From contig OY769938.1 of the NCBI GenBank assembly GCA_963669295.1, forward strand, positions 1,625,086-1,689,085: a stretch of DNA of 64,000 bases. The letters are read 5' to 3'. A program made the position numbers and the translations under genes. The notes below the pieces were generated by a model. The model saw only the letters and a list, made by a program, of their open reading frames with translations, was not told the origin of the DNA and searched no databases. Every line of letters starts with the position of its first letter. Position 1 is the first letter of the stretch. Below are positions 18,157 to 29,800 of the stretch, one piece after another. Source of the DNA: Flavobacteriales bacterium. GTDB lineage: Bacteria; Bacteroidota; Bacteroidia; Flavobacteriales_D; CALLUQ01.

Positions 18157-19002
18157 TTGGAGATTTTCAACACAGTTTCTACCCTACAAAAGCGGTTAAA
18201 TGAACTGCGTGCAGAAGGGCAAACAGTAGGACTCATTCCTACTATGGGTGCATTGCATCAGGGGCACCTTTCCTTGATTGATATTGCCAGGGAACAAAGC
18301 GATATTGTGGTGGCCAGCATCTTTGTAAACCCCAAGCAGTTCAACGATTCTACTGATTTTAACAATTACCCCAGAACATTGGAAACTGATGCCAACCTGT
18401 TGAAGAAGCAAGGGTGTCATATGTTGTTTGCCCCACCTTACGATGAGGTGTATGATGGCAGCCCAACCTACAGGCATGATTTTGGTGCATTAGCTACAGT
18501 AATGGAAGGCACACATCGCCCCGGTCATTTTGAAGGCATGGCCATGGTGGTAAAACGCTTTTTCGACATTGTAATGCCCGATTTCGCGTTTTTTGGTCAA
18601 AAAGACTACCAGCAACTACAAATTATCAAAGTTATGGTTGCTCAAGAAAATCTACCCATTACCGTAGTAGGGTGCCCTACTGTAAGAGAAGCCAGTGGGT
18701 TGGCCATGAGTTCCCGCAATATGCTGTTGTCTGAACAAGAACGTAATACTGCTGCTCTGTTATCGAAAGTATTGTTCGATGCCAAAGAAATGGCGCAAAC
18801 ACAATCAGTAGCTCATGTTCAACAATATGCATTACAACAGTTAGGCACTGCTCCACGAATTGTATTGGAGTATTTTCAATTGGTGGACGGCAATACATTA
18901 CAGCCGCTTGAAACATGGGATCGCAGCAAAAGTGCAGTGGCCTGCATTGCTGCCCGTATTGGAGAAGTGCGGTTGATCGATAATGTAATATTATTTACTT
19001 AA
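18157..19002 (+). CDS. panC: Pantoate--beta-alanine ligase
   Basis: 281 aa with [14 protein letters not shown] (HxGH motif) and a TTG start. Confidence 0.95.
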   Translation: MEIFNTVSTLQKRLNELRAEGQTVGLIPTMGALHQGHLSLIDIAREQSDIVVASIFVNPKQFNDSTDFNNYPRTLETDANLLKKQGCHMLFAPPYDEVYDGSPTYRHDFGALATVMEGTHRPGHFEGMAMVVKRFFDIVMPDFAFFGQKDYQQLQIIKVMVAQENLPITVVGCPTVREASGLAMSSRNMLLSEQERNTAALLSKVLFDAKEMAQTQSVAHVQQYALQQLGTAPRIVLEYFQLVDGNTLQPLETWDRSKSAVACIAARIGEVRLIDNVILFT

Positions 19003-19012
19003 TTTTGCCGCC

Positions 19013-19366
19013 ATGCAAATTGAGGTAGTCAAGTCGAAAATACACCGGGTTACCGTTACCGAAGCCGATCTCAACTACATTGGCAGCATTACCATTGATG
19101 AAGATTTAATGGATGCCAGCAATATCATTGAAGGCGAAAAAGTACAGATCGTTAACATCAACAACGGAGAACGTCTTGAAACATACGCCATTACAGGAGA
19201 AAGAGGCTCGGGCAACGTTTGCCTAAATGGCCCCGCTGCCAGAAGAGTAGCTGTAGGCGATGTTATCATCATCATTTCCTATGGCATCATGGATTTCGAG
19301 GCCGCAAAAAGCTTTAAACCAACCATTATTTTTCCCGATACTACTACCAACACCCTAAAAGCTTAA
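19013..19366 (+). CDS. panD: Aspartate 1-decarboxylase
   Basis: 117 aa: [32 protein letters not shown], including the GS self-cleavage site. Confidence 0.95.
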   Translation: MQIEVVKSKIHRVTVTEADLNYIGSITIDEDLMDASNIIEGEKVQIVNINNGERLETYAITGERGSGNVCLNGPAARRVAVGDVIIIISYGIMDFEAAKSFKPTIIFPDTTTNTLKA

Positions 19367-19369
19367 CAG

Positions 19370-20404
19370 GTGAAGAAAACCCTGTTCTCCATCTTAAAAA
19401 TCGTAGTGCCCCTTGCGTTGGGGTTGTCCCTCATTTGGTACATCTACGACAGCTTAAGCGAAGAGCAAAAAACCGATCTTTTTAGCGCATTTGGCCGGGC
19501 CAACTATTTTTGGGTAGGCTTATCGGTGTTGTTTGGCTTTTTGAGTCATGTTAGCCGGGCATACCGTTGGCGTTTTCTATTGGAACCACTAGGGCATCAA
19601 CCCAAGTTGTGGAATGCCTACCATTCGGTAATGATTGGCTACATCATTAACCTTGCCCTGCCTCGTGCAGGAGAAGCCAGCAGGGCCGGTTTCTTATCGC
19701 GTTACGAAAAAGTGCCTTTTAGCCAGGGGTTTGGAACCATACTGGCCGAACGAGCCATCGACTTATTGATGTTGGGCATTGTAGCCCTGGTAGCATTTGT
19801 CTACCAATTCGATAAGTACGATATCATTATGAATAAGATTGGGGAGTTCAATAAAAATATGGGCACTGGTCAGCAACAAAGCGGAGGATACCTGGGCTAC
19901 ATCATCCTTGGTGTGCTGGGAGTAGGCATATTGGCCATTGTGGTACTGTACTTTAAAAGCCCAAAAATAAAAGCCAAAATCCAAAACCTGGTTCGCGGAT
20001 TTATCGATGGCATTAAATCGGTATTAACTACCAAAAAACGAGTGCCCTTTATTCTTCACTCGTTGTTTATTTGGGTCATGTACTTGTTGATGTTTGGGGT
20101 GTGCTTTTTATCGTTAGAAGAAACTGCTACCGTAGGGCCTGGAGGCATGTTGGCCGGTTTTATTGCAGGCACAATAGGCATTATTCTTGTGCAGGGTGGC
20201 ATTGGCATCTACCCCGCATTGGTAGGGTTGGTGATTACCATATACATTGCTCCAGAAAGTGGCGTGGCCATCGATGCCAATGCCCTGGCACTGGGGTGGA
20301 TTATTTGGGCCTCACAAACATTGATGGTAATTGTGCTTGGAGGAATATCCTTATTTTTAATGCCCAAATACAATGCAAAATTCATGTCGGATGAACCATC
20401 TTAA
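19370..20404 (+). CDS. Flippase-like membrane protein (UPF0104, lysyl-PG synthase TM-region family)
   Basis: 344 aa, polytopic, with SRAYRWRFLLEPLG and PRAGEASRAG motifs. GTG start. Confidence 0.6.
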   Translation: MKKTLFSILKIVVPLALGLSLIWYIYDSLSEEQKTDLFSAFGRANYFWVGLSVLFGFLSHVSRAYRWRFLLEPLGHQPKLWNAYHSVMIGYIINLALPRAGEASRAGFLSRYEKVPFSQGFGTILAERAIDLLMLGIVALVAFVYQFDKYDIIMNKIGEFNKNMGTGQQQSGGYLGYIILGVLGVGILAIVVLYFKSPKIKAKIQNLVRGFIDGIKSVLTTKKRVPFILHSLFIWVMYLLMFGVCFLSLEETATVGPGGMLAGFIAGTIGIILVQGGIGIYPALVGLVITIYIAPESGVAIDANALALGWIIWASQTLMVIVLGGISLFLMPKYNAKFMSDEPS

Positions 20405-20921
20405 TGCCATCACCAATCGCATTTATTCATTAGAAACGCTGAAGCGTACTGTGAAACAATGGCGCTTAAAAGATCAGCGCATAGTGTTTACCAACGGTTG
20501 TTTCGACATTCTTCATTTAGGGCATGTAGAATACCTGGCCAAAGCTGCCGACCTGGGTCATAAACTGGTGATTGGTTTGAATACTGACGCTTCTGTTAAG
20601 CGGCTTGGAAAAGGCAGTGACCGCCCCATTAATCATGAGGATGCCCGAGCTGCTGTATTGGCTGCACTTCATTTTGTAGATGCCATTGTATTTTTCGATG
20701 ACGACACTCCCCTGGAGTTGATTAAAGCCTTGCAACCTGATGCCCTGGTTAAAGGAGGTGATTACGATGCCGGGGAAACCAACCCCAATGCCGCCACCTA
20801 TATTGTGGGATCAGACATCGTAAAGGCACAAGGAGGAGAAGTGGCTGTAATTCCTCTTACTGAAGGGTTCTCTACCACCAATACCATTGCTAAAATTAAA
20901 TCGGAAGATGGCAAAGGTTAA
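20391..20921 (+). CDS. rfaE2: D-glycero-beta-D-manno-heptose-1-phosphate adenylyltransferase (RfaE domain II-like cytidylyltransferase)
   Basis: FTNGCFDILHLGHVEYL nucleotidyltransferase motif. The start could be 20373 or 20391, both in frame. Confidence 0.8.
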   Translation: MNHLNAITNRIYSLETLKRTVKQWRLKDQRIVFTNGCFDILHLGHVEYLAKAADLGHKLVIGLNTDASVKRLGKGSDRPINHEDARAAVLAALHFVDAIVFFDDDTPLELIKALQPDALVKGGDYDAGETNPNAATYIVGSDIVKAQGGEVAVIPLTEGFSTTNTIAKIKSEDGKG

Positions 20922-22269
20922 AACATCGTATTTCTGCCAAAGCTGTGGTGCACAATCGCCCAAATGGGTAGGTAAATGCAGTTCTTGTGGAGAATGGAAC
21001 ACTTACGTGGAAGAGATTATTCAAAAAGAAAGCAAGCCCGGTTTTTCGACTGCTACTACTACCCGCGCCAACAAACCACAAGTTATTTCAGACATTTCCC
21101 TATCGGCAGAAAACCGCATTCCCCTTGCCGATGGTGAATTGAACAGGGTATTGGGAGGCGGCCTTGTTCCTGGTTCCATTATTTTATTTGGTGGCGAACC
21201 GGGCATTGGTAAATCTACCTTAATGCTACAGTTGGCCCTCAACAACAGCCATTTAAAAGTATTGTACGTATCGGGCGAAGAAAGCAACCAGCAAATACGT
21301 ATGCGGGCCGAGCGCATTGGCATGAACAACCCCAATGCATTCATTCTCACCGAAACGTCTACACAAAATATCTTCAAGCAAATTGAGCAACTGCACCCCG
21401 ATTTGTTGGTCATCGACTCCATTCAAACGTTACACACCTCTTTCATTGAATCGTCGGCGGGAAGCGTATCGCAAATTAGAGAATGTGCTGGCGAATTGTT
21501 ACGCTACGCAAAAGAGTCGGGCACTCCTGTGTTTTTAATCGGCCATATTACCAAAGAAGGCACGCTTGCCGGGCCAAAGTTGTTGGAACACATGGTAGAT
21601 ACCGTATTGCAATTTGAAGGCGATAGAAACCATGTATACCGCTTGCTACGATCGGTTAAAAACCGCTTTGGCTCTACCAACGAATTGGGCATATATGAAA
21701 TGATCAATGCCGGGTTGCGCGAAGTAGACAATCCTTCTGAAATTCTTATTGGAAGCCGCGATGAGCCATTGAGCGGGGTATCAATTGCTGCCACCATGGA
21801 AGGAATGCGTCCTATCCTCATTGAGATACAAGCCCTGGTGAGTACTGCTGCCTATGGCACCCCACAACGCTCGGCAACCGGTTTCGACTTGCGTAGGCTC
21901 AGTATGTTATTGGCCGTAATGGAAAAGCGCTGCGGCTTCAAATTGGGGATTAAGGATGTGTTTCTAAACATTGCAGGTGGTGTTCGCGTAGACGACCCTG
22001 CCATTGATTTAGCAGTAGTATGTGCTGTACTGTCTTCAAGTGTGGATATTCCCATTGATGCAGGCATATGCTTTACCGCAGAAGTTGGCCTTTCAGGCGA
22101 AATCAGGCCAGTAAACAGGGTAGAACAGCGTATTGCCGAAGCCGAAAAGTTAGGCTACCGTAAAATGGTTATTTCTAAATACAACAAAGGAGTAACCCCT
22201 AAGTCGTCGGGTATCGAATTGATACAAGTAGGAAAAATCGAGGAAGTCTTTTCGTTCTTGTTCGGCTAG
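20908..22269 (+). CDS. radA: DNA repair protein RadA
   Basis: I trimmed the start to MAKVKTSYFCQSCGAQSPKWVGKCSSCGEWNT (zinc finger). Also present: Walker A GGEPGIGKST, the KNRFG motif and a Lon-like C-terminus. Confidence 0.95.
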   Translation: MAKVKTSYFCQSCGAQSPKWVGKCSSCGEWNTYVEEIIQKESKPGFSTATTTRANKPQVISDISLSAENRIPLADGELNRVLGGGLVPGSIILFGGEPGIGKSTLMLQLALNNSHLKVLYVSGEESNQQIRMRAERIGMNNPNAFILTETSTQNIFKQIEQLHPDLLVIDSIQTLHTSFIESSAGSVSQIRECAGELLRYAKESGTPVFLIGHITKEGTLAGPKLLEHMVDTVLQFEGDRNHVYRLLRSVKNRFGSTNELGIYEMINAGLREVDNPSEILIGSRDEPLSGVSIAATMEGMRPILIEIQALVSTAAYGTPQRSATGFDLRRLSMLLAVMEKRCGFKLGIKDVFLNIAGGVRVDDPAIDLAVVCAVLSSSVDIPIDAGICFTAEVGLSGEIRPVNRVEQRIAEAEKLGYRKMVISKYNKGVTPKSSGIELIQVGKIEEVFSFLFG

Positions 22270-23264
22270 TTTTCTTCTAAAATCTTAAACAACTCATCCA
22301 AATTGGGGGTCAACACCACCTCAATTCTTCTGTTCTTTGCTTTGTCGGCCGGATCGATGGGCGAAAACTCTCCTCTACCAGCAGCAGTAAGGCGTTTCGC
22401 ATCAATAGTACTGTTGCCTAAAATTATTTCTGTAACTGCTGTAGAACGCAATACACTAAGCTCCCAGTTGTTGCGTGGAATAGAACTCGACTTGATTTTG
22501 TCGGTATCGGTGTGGCCTTCCACCATGATTTGAATATCGGCCTGATCTTCCAGTACTTTGGCCAATTTCACCAATGCTTCTTTTCCTTTGCTATCTACCA
22601 CCGTACTGCCCGAAGCAAAGAGCAACTTCGCCTCAAGGCTTACGTATACTTTTCCATTTCTTTGCTCTACTGTAAGTCCTTTATCTTTAAAGCTCAACAA
22701 TGCCTCAGCTACTTTATCGCGTAATGCTTTCACTGCAGCATCTTTTTTAGCAATCAATGCCTCCAACTCGTTCACTCGCTTCTCGCGTTCCGCTAAATCG
22801 GCACTCAACTTATCAAGGTCTGCTTTTTTCACGGCCAATTCCGACTCCAATTGTTTCAACGCATCTTCCTTACGCTGCAAATCAATGCGCATGATTTCCA
22901 ACTCGGAAAGCAACTTCTGATTTTCGGCTGCGCTTCCTTTTTGCAGTCGCTCCAGCTTAGCAATAATTTCATCGTTCAACGCATCAATCTTATCGTACTG
23001 CACACGTAACTGACGCAAAGAAGCTCCTTGTACAGAAGTATCGGCAGTTAATGCCACATTGCGCTTTGTGAGGTCTGTAATTTCATTCGACTGCTCTTTG
23101 TTTTGCGTTTCCAGTTCCTGTACCCGGCCTCTCAACGACTGGTTTTCCTCAGCACATTGCTTTTGCTTGGTTTTTATTTCTTCAAACTTTCGCGCTGGAA
23201 CACAGGCAGCAAGAAGGGCTACCATTAATCCTAATAACAATGTGGTGTGCTGTACTTTTTTCAT
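22266..23264 (-). CDS. OmpA-family lipoprotein with a long coiled coil
   Basis: 332 aa with lipobox LLAACV and a heptad-rich middle. The C-terminus VEGHTDTDKI...NWELSVLRSTAV...NRRIEVVL is an OmpA/MotB peptidoglycan-binding domain. Confidence 0.85.
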   Translation of the reverse strand: MKKVQHTTLLLGLMVALLAACVPARKFEEIKTKQKQCAEENQSLRGRVQELETQNKEQSNEITDLTKRNVALTADTSVQGASLRQLRVQYDKIDALNDEIIAKLERLQKGSAAENQKLLSELEIMRIDLQRKEDALKQLESELAVKKADLDKLSADLAEREKRVNELEALIAKKDAAVKALRDKVAEALLSFKDKGLTVEQRNGKVYVSLEAKLLFASGSTVVDSKGKEALVKLAKVLEDQADIQIMVEGHTDTDKIKSSSIPRNNWELSVLRSTAVTEIILGNSTIDAKRLTAAGRGEFSPIDPADKAKNRRIEVVLTPNLDELFKILEEN

Positions 23265-23374
23265 TACGATACTTATTGGTCGTGGGAAAATCTCTTATTA
23301 CAAAGATTATTCCTTTTTAGTTTGCTTCTTCTTTTGGCGAAACAATTTTATACACAATGCGTTATTAATAAAGG

Positions 23375-24085
23375 ATGAAGGGACTGAGCAAAAATTGGTT
23401 GACAGAGCCAAGCATTGATTTTGAATACAAGAAATACACCCTGTTGGGCTACCTACAACACGTGCAGCAACAGCTCACCACGAATAAGCTGTATCCTTAT
23501 TATCCCGAACTCCTCCGCCATCATCGTGCATTAACTACCTTTTGGAATAACAAAGACCTTTTACGGCACCAATTTCCCCGATCTCTCAGTGGATTGGATG
23601 TGAGCACCCTGAGTTTATTATATCAAGAACTGGAGGAAGACATGGCTTTGTTGGATGAATTGAACGCCATTGTTGCTTTTTCTTTACCAGAAATAGAGAA
23701 AACCATTGACGAAGCAGCACAACTGGAAGGTTTACTGAAAGAACACCTTCACTTCACGTCAGTAGGCATTATGCCACTTCATCAAACCGAAGGTTATTTG
23801 TTGTTAAAGCAGCAAAAAAACATTGGGGTTTATGCTTATCAGTTAAGTATGATTCAAGCCATAGAAACGCCCCAACAGCATGTATATACGCAGTTTATCA
23901 CTACCTATAACTCTTCTATCACTACCACATTGGAACACATCAAGACCGATTTGATCAACCAACGAAAAACAATGCCTAACCCTGCTACTTATGCTGTAGA
24001 AACAAGTGTGCTACTGCCCCTCAACGAAACCCTACTTCCATTGGCAACTCAAGTGCTGTACGAATATGTAGTAGGCCATGAATAA
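23375..24085 (+). CDS. Hypothetical cytoplasmic protein
   Basis: 236-aa ORF with no recognisable motif. Confidence 0.5.
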   Translation: MKGLSKNWLTEPSIDFEYKKYTLLGYLQHVQQQLTTNKLYPYYPELLRHHRALTTFWNNKDLLRHQFPRSLSGLDVSTLSLLYQELEEDMALLDELNAIVAFSLPEIEKTIDEAAQLEGLLKEHLHFTSVGIMPLHQTEGYLLLKQQKNIGVYAYQLSMIQAIETPQQHVYTQFITTYNSSITTTLEHIKTDLINQRKTMPNPATYAVETSVLLPLNETLLPLATQVLYEYVVGHE

Positions 24086-24115
24086 AAAAAGGCGGCTCCA
24101 CTGGAACCGCCTTTG
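24084..24115. terminator. Hairpin terminator between convergent genes, best on the minus strand
   Basis: aaaaaaa-GGCGGCTCC-act-GGAACCGCC-ttt. The A7 run gives a T7 tail for the minus-strand transcript. Confidence 0.65.
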
Positions 24116-24133
24116 TATAAAAGTCTTTCTCGA

Positions 24134-25912
24134 TTATTCCGATGCTGTTTCTTCTTCACCGTTGCCCTCTACCGCAGCTTCTTGATTTTCTGATTTGAAG
24201 TATACTTTAGACATGTCTCTGTACTCCATCCCATTGATGGGGAAGTTCTTTACATCTATCTGCAATAAGCGGATATACTCATCATAATAGATGGGCATAA
24301 TGGCCGCATCTTCCATCGCTATCTGATCTGCCTTAGCAAACAATGTCATTCGTTTTTCATCATCAATTTCCTGCAATGCTGCTGAAAAGGTAGAATCGAA
24401 TGAAGCACTGATGTATCGAACCGAGTTGATGTATGATTTCTTCGTTAATTCTTCTGGAACATGCTTGCCATACAGCAAGTTCAGGAAGTTCTCAGGGTCG
24501 GGGTAATCCGCTACCCAAGCTGTTCTCCAGAAAAGTGATTGACCTGTTTCCAATCGCTCCAGGTGCTGTGCGAATGGCATCACACTCAATTCCACTTCAA
24601 CACCCAGGTTTTCTTTTAACATGTTCTGAATGGCTGCAGCTACTTGCTCGTTGGTGGTTCCACCACTATTCAATTGCAATGTTACTTTGGGAAATCCGGC
24701 ACCACCGGGGTAACCTGCTTCTGCCATCAACGACATTGCCTTCTCTGGATCAAAATCATACCCTTTCACTTCGTTGGCCGGGTACGCTTCGAAAGCAGGA
24801 GGAACAATACCATTCAAGGCAGGGCTTCCTTCTCCGCGCAAAGTATAATTACACAACCGTTCGCGATCAATGGCGTAGTTAAATGCCTGACGTACCAACT
24901 TGTTGTTGAAGACATCGCTTTTGTGTTGGAAACCATAATATTGAATGGTGAGCGATGGTGTTGACTGCATTTCAAAAGGCAGGTTGCCTCCTTTTTTTGC
25001 ATCTTCCAACTCACCAATCACCTCATCAATCATCTCTACGGGTAACTTAAATACCATGTCGAGGTTGCCTTTCTTAAACTCTAGCAACTCGGCCTTCTTT
25101 TCTTTGATAAACGTGAATTTAATGGCATCGAGGTAGGGCAGTTGATTGCCGTGCTCGTCTAAATCCCAGTAACCTTCATTCTTCTCTAAAATCACTACTT
25201 CGCCTTCCTTAACCGTTTTTAGTTTAAACGGCCCGGTACCCACACAATTCACACGCATTTCTTCACCATAAGTGTCTACTGCCTCTTTCGGGAATACCCA
25301 ACAGCCTGAGTGTGCTAAAATTTGCATGAATCCGGCAAATGGATAATCCAATTGTATCTCAAGGGTGTAATCGTCTATTACTTTAATTCCGGTAACCCCT
25401 TCTTCTAACGGGCTTCCGTTAATGGTCGATTCATGATAGGCATTGGCTCCTTGTACACGGTCTTCAAACAACCAAAACATTTGGTTGGTAGCACTCGCTT
25501 CACACAGGCTGGTTAAGCTGTATTTGAAATCGTTTGCCGTTACCTCTCTTCCCTTGCCATCTGCAAAACAAGCATCGTCATGAAATTTCACTCCTTTGCG
25601 CAGATAGAAGGTAAATTTGGTAGCATCCTCATTAATTTCCCAACGCTCGGCAATGCATGGCACCACCTTTAGGGTCGCTTGATCCAGCTTTACCAACCCT
25701 TGATAAATTTGGTTAGTAATTCTGTGCGAAGTTACCTCGGTAATGTTATGGGGAAATAAATGCCTGAAGTCTTCTACTTCGTTGATGTTAAAAACACCTC
25801 CGTAAACCACACCTCCTTTGGCCATTCTTGAGTCATCTATGGGGTCAGTCTTCTTGCCTCCACAAGACCACATCAATGTCGCAACCAATACGATTGAAAA
25901 AAATCTTTTCAT
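24134..25912 (-). CDS. ABC transporter substrate-binding protein, family 5 (peptide/nickel type)
   Basis: 592 aa with a lipoprotein signal LMWSCGG and an SBP_bac_5-like body. No permease or ATPase gene is adjacent. Confidence 0.75.
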   Translation of the reverse strand: MKRFFSIVLVATLMWSCGGKKTDPIDDSRMAKGGVVYGGVFNINEVEDFRHLFPHNITEVTSHRITNQIYQGLVKLDQATLKVVPCIAERWEINEDATKFTFYLRKGVKFHDDACFADGKGREVTANDFKYSLTSLCEASATNQMFWLFEDRVQGANAYHESTINGSPLEEGVTGIKVIDDYTLEIQLDYPFAGFMQILAHSGCWVFPKEAVDTYGEEMRVNCVGTGPFKLKTVKEGEVVILEKNEGYWDLDEHGNQLPYLDAIKFTFIKEKKAELLEFKKGNLDMVFKLPVEMIDEVIGELEDAKKGGNLPFEMQSTPSLTIQYYGFQHKSDVFNNKLVRQAFNYAIDRERLCNYTLRGEGSPALNGIVPPAFEAYPANEVKGYDFDPEKAMSLMAEAGYPGGAGFPKVTLQLNSGGTTNEQVAAAIQNMLKENLGVEVELSVMPFAQHLERLETGQSLFWRTAWVADYPDPENFLNLLYGKHVPEELTKKSYINSVRYISASFDSTFSAALQEIDDEKRMTLFAKADQIAMEDAAIMPIYYDEYIRLLQIDVKNFPINGMEYRDMSKVYFKSENQEAAVEGNGEEETASE

Positions 25913-25956
25913 AATTATTGAGAGCTTAAGATAAAATCACTTTTTCGCAATGCATA

Positions 25957-25964
25957 CAAATATA
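25957..25964 (-). promoter_or_regulatory. -7 box (TATATTTG on the minus strand)
   Basis: Perfect TAnnTTTG, 45 nt upstream of the start at 25912. Confidence 0.4.
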
Positions 25965-26016
25965 TGTATTTATTGCTAAAAACATAATCCTCTTACACGA
26001 TCGGTTCCCTTGAATT

Positions 26017-26793
26017 TTAGACGGACAAACGCGATGCTAACTCCAGTAAAATAGGGCAGTGGTCGGAATGGTTGGCTTTACTTAAAATTGTAGCTCTTTG
26101 CATTCGGTGTTTTAACGCAATTGTTACCAACTGATAATCAATGCGCCAGCCTAAGTTTTTTTGCCTTGCTCCTCCACTGTAAGACCACCACGTATAATGG
26201 TGAGGCTCAGCGTTAAACTGGCGAAAAGCATCCACAAATCCGCTTTGTAATAATGCTGTTAGCCATTGTCGCTCCTCACTCAAAAATCCGGAAGCATGTA
26301 CATTGGCTACCGGGTTATGAATGTCAATAGGTTGGTGGCAAATGTTAAAATCGCCACAAATGATTAAGGCATATTGCTGTTGAAGCTCACGAACATGTTT
26401 CGAAAAGTGGGCCAACCAGTTCATTTTGTACAAATGACGCATCAAACCACTGCTTCCAGAAGGAACATAAATGCTCATTACTGAAAACTCCTCAAAATCT
26501 GCTCGTATACAACGCCCCTCCTCGTCCAGGGCTTCATTCCCCATGCCATACGTTACTTGCAACGGCTTCGCCTTTGTGAGGATGGCCACACCACTGTACC
26601 CCTTTCTGGCTGCAGGATTCCAGTAGCAATAATACCCCATAGCTTCAAAAATAGTTGCATCAAACTGTTCTGGAGTAGCCTTAATTTCCTGAAGGCATAT
26701 CACGTCGGCATCGGTTGCTTTGAGCCATTGTAACCAGTTCTTTTTCAGCACCGATCGGATGCCATTTATGTTATACGATATAATTTTTGCCAC
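26017..26793 (-). CDS. xth: Exodeoxyribonuclease III
   Basis: 258 aa with MAKIISYNINGIRS, ICLQEIK and the C-terminal SDHCPI motif. Confidence 0.9.
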   Translation of the reverse strand: MAKIISYNINGIRSVLKKNWLQWLKATDADVICLQEIKATPEQFDATIFEAMGYYCYWNPAARKGYSGVAILTKAKPLQVTYGMGNEALDEEGRCIRADFEEFSVMSIYVPSGSSGLMRHLYKMNWLAHFSKHVRELQQQYALIICGDFNICHQPIDIHNPVANVHASGFLSEERQWLTALLQSGFVDAFRQFNAEPHHYTWWSYSGGARQKNLGWRIDYQLVTIALKHRMQRATILSKANHSDHCPILLELASRLSV

Positions 26794-26897
26794 CGTTTTA
26801 CGTATTTCAATACTACAACAGTAAATTGAACTATCTTTACTGAAACGAGTCTAAGTTAAACGATTCATCGCAGGAAACTGAATCAAAAGGGCATGTT

Positions 26898-29800
26898 TTG
26901 CTGAAACCAATCACATTCTTCTTGTTGGTATTTGCATTGCTATTGACATCCGGCATTAGCAATGCGCAGGAACTCAACAACCGCCGTGCAAAGAAGCTTG
27001 TAATTGCCCAGGATACTACTTCTCTCGACTCCCTTACCATTGCTTTCAATTCTGCTTCAATAAGCGGAAAAAGTGGGCTGCTTGATGCAGCAGATTATGC
27101 CATCGATTATGCCCGAGGTTTGCTGATTTGGAAAGGCGAAGCATTTCCTGCCGATTCCATTGAAATTGCCTATCGGGTGCTGCCCATTCAAATTACTACC
27201 GAATACAAGCACAAAGATCTTCAGCGAATGGAACCCGATGCATCGGGCAAAATCAACCCTTTTAAATACACCACTACCAACCCGCAAAATGAAGATGTAT
27301 TTAAACTCTCGGGGCTTAACAAAAGTGGTAGCATTTCTCGAGGTGTTTCTTTTGGCAACAACCAAGATCTGTCGGTAAACTCCAACCTGAGCCTACAATT
27401 ATCAGGCAAATTGAACGACAACGTAAGCATTCTTGCCTCTGTTACCGATAACAACATTCCCATTCAACCAGACGGCAACACCCAACAACTGCAAGATTTT
27501 GATCAGGTATACATCCAAATTTACGACGACAAGTCGAAGCTCATTGCCGGTGATTTTCAATTAAAAACCCCTTCAAGCTATTTCATGCGGTACTTTAAAC
27601 GCACACAAGGTGGCTCGGTATCTACCAGCTTTGGAATGGGCAGTTATGAAATTCCTGGCACTGGCGAAGTAATTCCGGCAGCAAAAATGAAAGTATCGGC
27701 CAGTGCAGCAGTATCAAAAGGGAAGTTTGCACGAAACGTTATTCAAGGCATCGAAGGCAACCAGGGGCCCTACCGTTTGCAAGGTGCCGACAACGAAACC
27801 TTCATCATTATTTTGGCAGGAACCGAACGCGTATATATTGATGGTCAGCTGTTAACACGCGGGCAGGAAAACGACTACATCATTGATTACAATACAGCAG
27901 AAGTGGTGTTTACCCCCAACCGGCTCATCACTAAAGACAAACGAATTACCATAGAGTTTCAGTATTCCGATAAAAACTATGCTCGCTCATTGCTACAGTT
28001 TTCCAACGAATTTGAAAAAGATAAACTCAAGCTTCGGTTGCATTTGTATTCTGAGCAAGACAGCAAAAACCAACCTTTGCAACAAGACCTTACCCCAGAA
28101 GATAAAGAAGTGCTTTCGAACGTAGGCGACAGCCTTCAATTTGCAATTGTTCCCAGCATTCAGCAAGTAGAGTTTAGCAACGATCAAATTCTCTATGCCA
28201 TGGTTGACTCGTTGGGGTACGATTCTGTTTTTGTATACTCTACAGCACCCGACAGTGCCATTTATCAACTCAGCTTTTCGAATGTAGGGAGTGGCAATGG
28301 CGATTACCTACAAACCGATTTCACCGCTACCGGTCGGGTGTTTGAATGGGTGGCTCCCGATACCATCAACAATGTAATTGTTCGACGTGGTGATTATGAA
28401 CCCGTAATCGTACTCATTGCACCCAAAAAGCAACAAATGTTTGTGCTGGGAGCCGACTACGACTTCTCCGACCGTACCAGGGCGGGGGTTGAAATTGCTT
28501 ATTCCGATAAAGACATCAATACCTTTTCCCGGCTCGACGGAAGCAACGACCAGGGATATGCCATTCGCACTACACTAGAAAACAACACCCCCATACAGCA
28601 AAAAGAAAACCCATGGACATTGGGCACTTCTGTTGTCTTTGAAACGGTAGAAAAAAACTTTAACCGCATTGAGCGATTTAGAACGGTTGAATTTGAACGC
28701 AATTGGAACATTCAAAACACCTTGCTAACAGAGTCGCAATACGTTACCACCGCAGGCATAGGGTTACACCGTAAAAAAACAGGAGAGGTAAATTACAACT
28801 TCAACTCCTTCAATGTAGGCAACGAATACAACGGTTATAAAAACGATGTTAACGCCAACCTAAAATTTACTGGATTGGACCTGAGGTTTAATGGAAGTTT
28901 ATTGAATACCACCGGCTTCAACAAAACAGCATTTATTCGCCACAAGTCGAGAATAGCAAAACGATTAAAATTCTTTGTGCTGGGGTTTAAAGACGAGCAC
29001 GAGCAAAACGAATTTTTTGATGTCGATTCGGATTCGTTGCTAAACAACAGCTATCGTTTTTACGATTGGGAAGTATTTGCCACCAACATCGACACCACCA
29101 AAAACAGGTTTTCGATGTACTACAAGCAACGATACGACCATGCAGTAAACAACAATACTTTACGCGAATCTACATTTGCTGAGGCCATGGGGTTTACGTT
29201 CGACCTCATCAAAAATCCGCGCAACCAATTAAGGGGAAAAGCTGCTTATAGAAAACTCACCATTACCAACGATGAGCTAACTGCGCAGGAGCCTGACAAC
29301 ACCTTGCTTGGGCGACTGGAATACAGTGTTAAACTGCTTAAAGGATCCATCAATTCTTCTACTTTTTATGAAATTGGTTCGGGGTTAGAACAAAAAAAGG
29401 AATTTGTATATGTAGAAGTTCCTGCCGGGCAAGGGGTATATGAGTGGATCGATTACGATGATGACAACGTAAAAGACTTGAATGAATTTGAAATTGCTTC
29501 GTTTCCCGACAGGGCCACTTACATTAGGGTATTTACTCCCACCACAGAGTACGTAAAAACCTTTACCAATCAGTTTAACCAGGTGTTGAACTTACGCCCG
29601 GCTGCATTATGGCGCGATAAAACTGGAATATTGAAGTTTATTGGCCGATTCTCTAATCAAACCGCTTTTCGGGTAGATAGAAAAACCAACGAAGACGATG
29701 CAACAACTGCTTACAACCCCTTTTTAAGAGATGTTGCCGATTCGACGTTGCTTGCTCTCAATTCTTCCATTCGAAATACCGTTTCTTTTAACCGAACGAA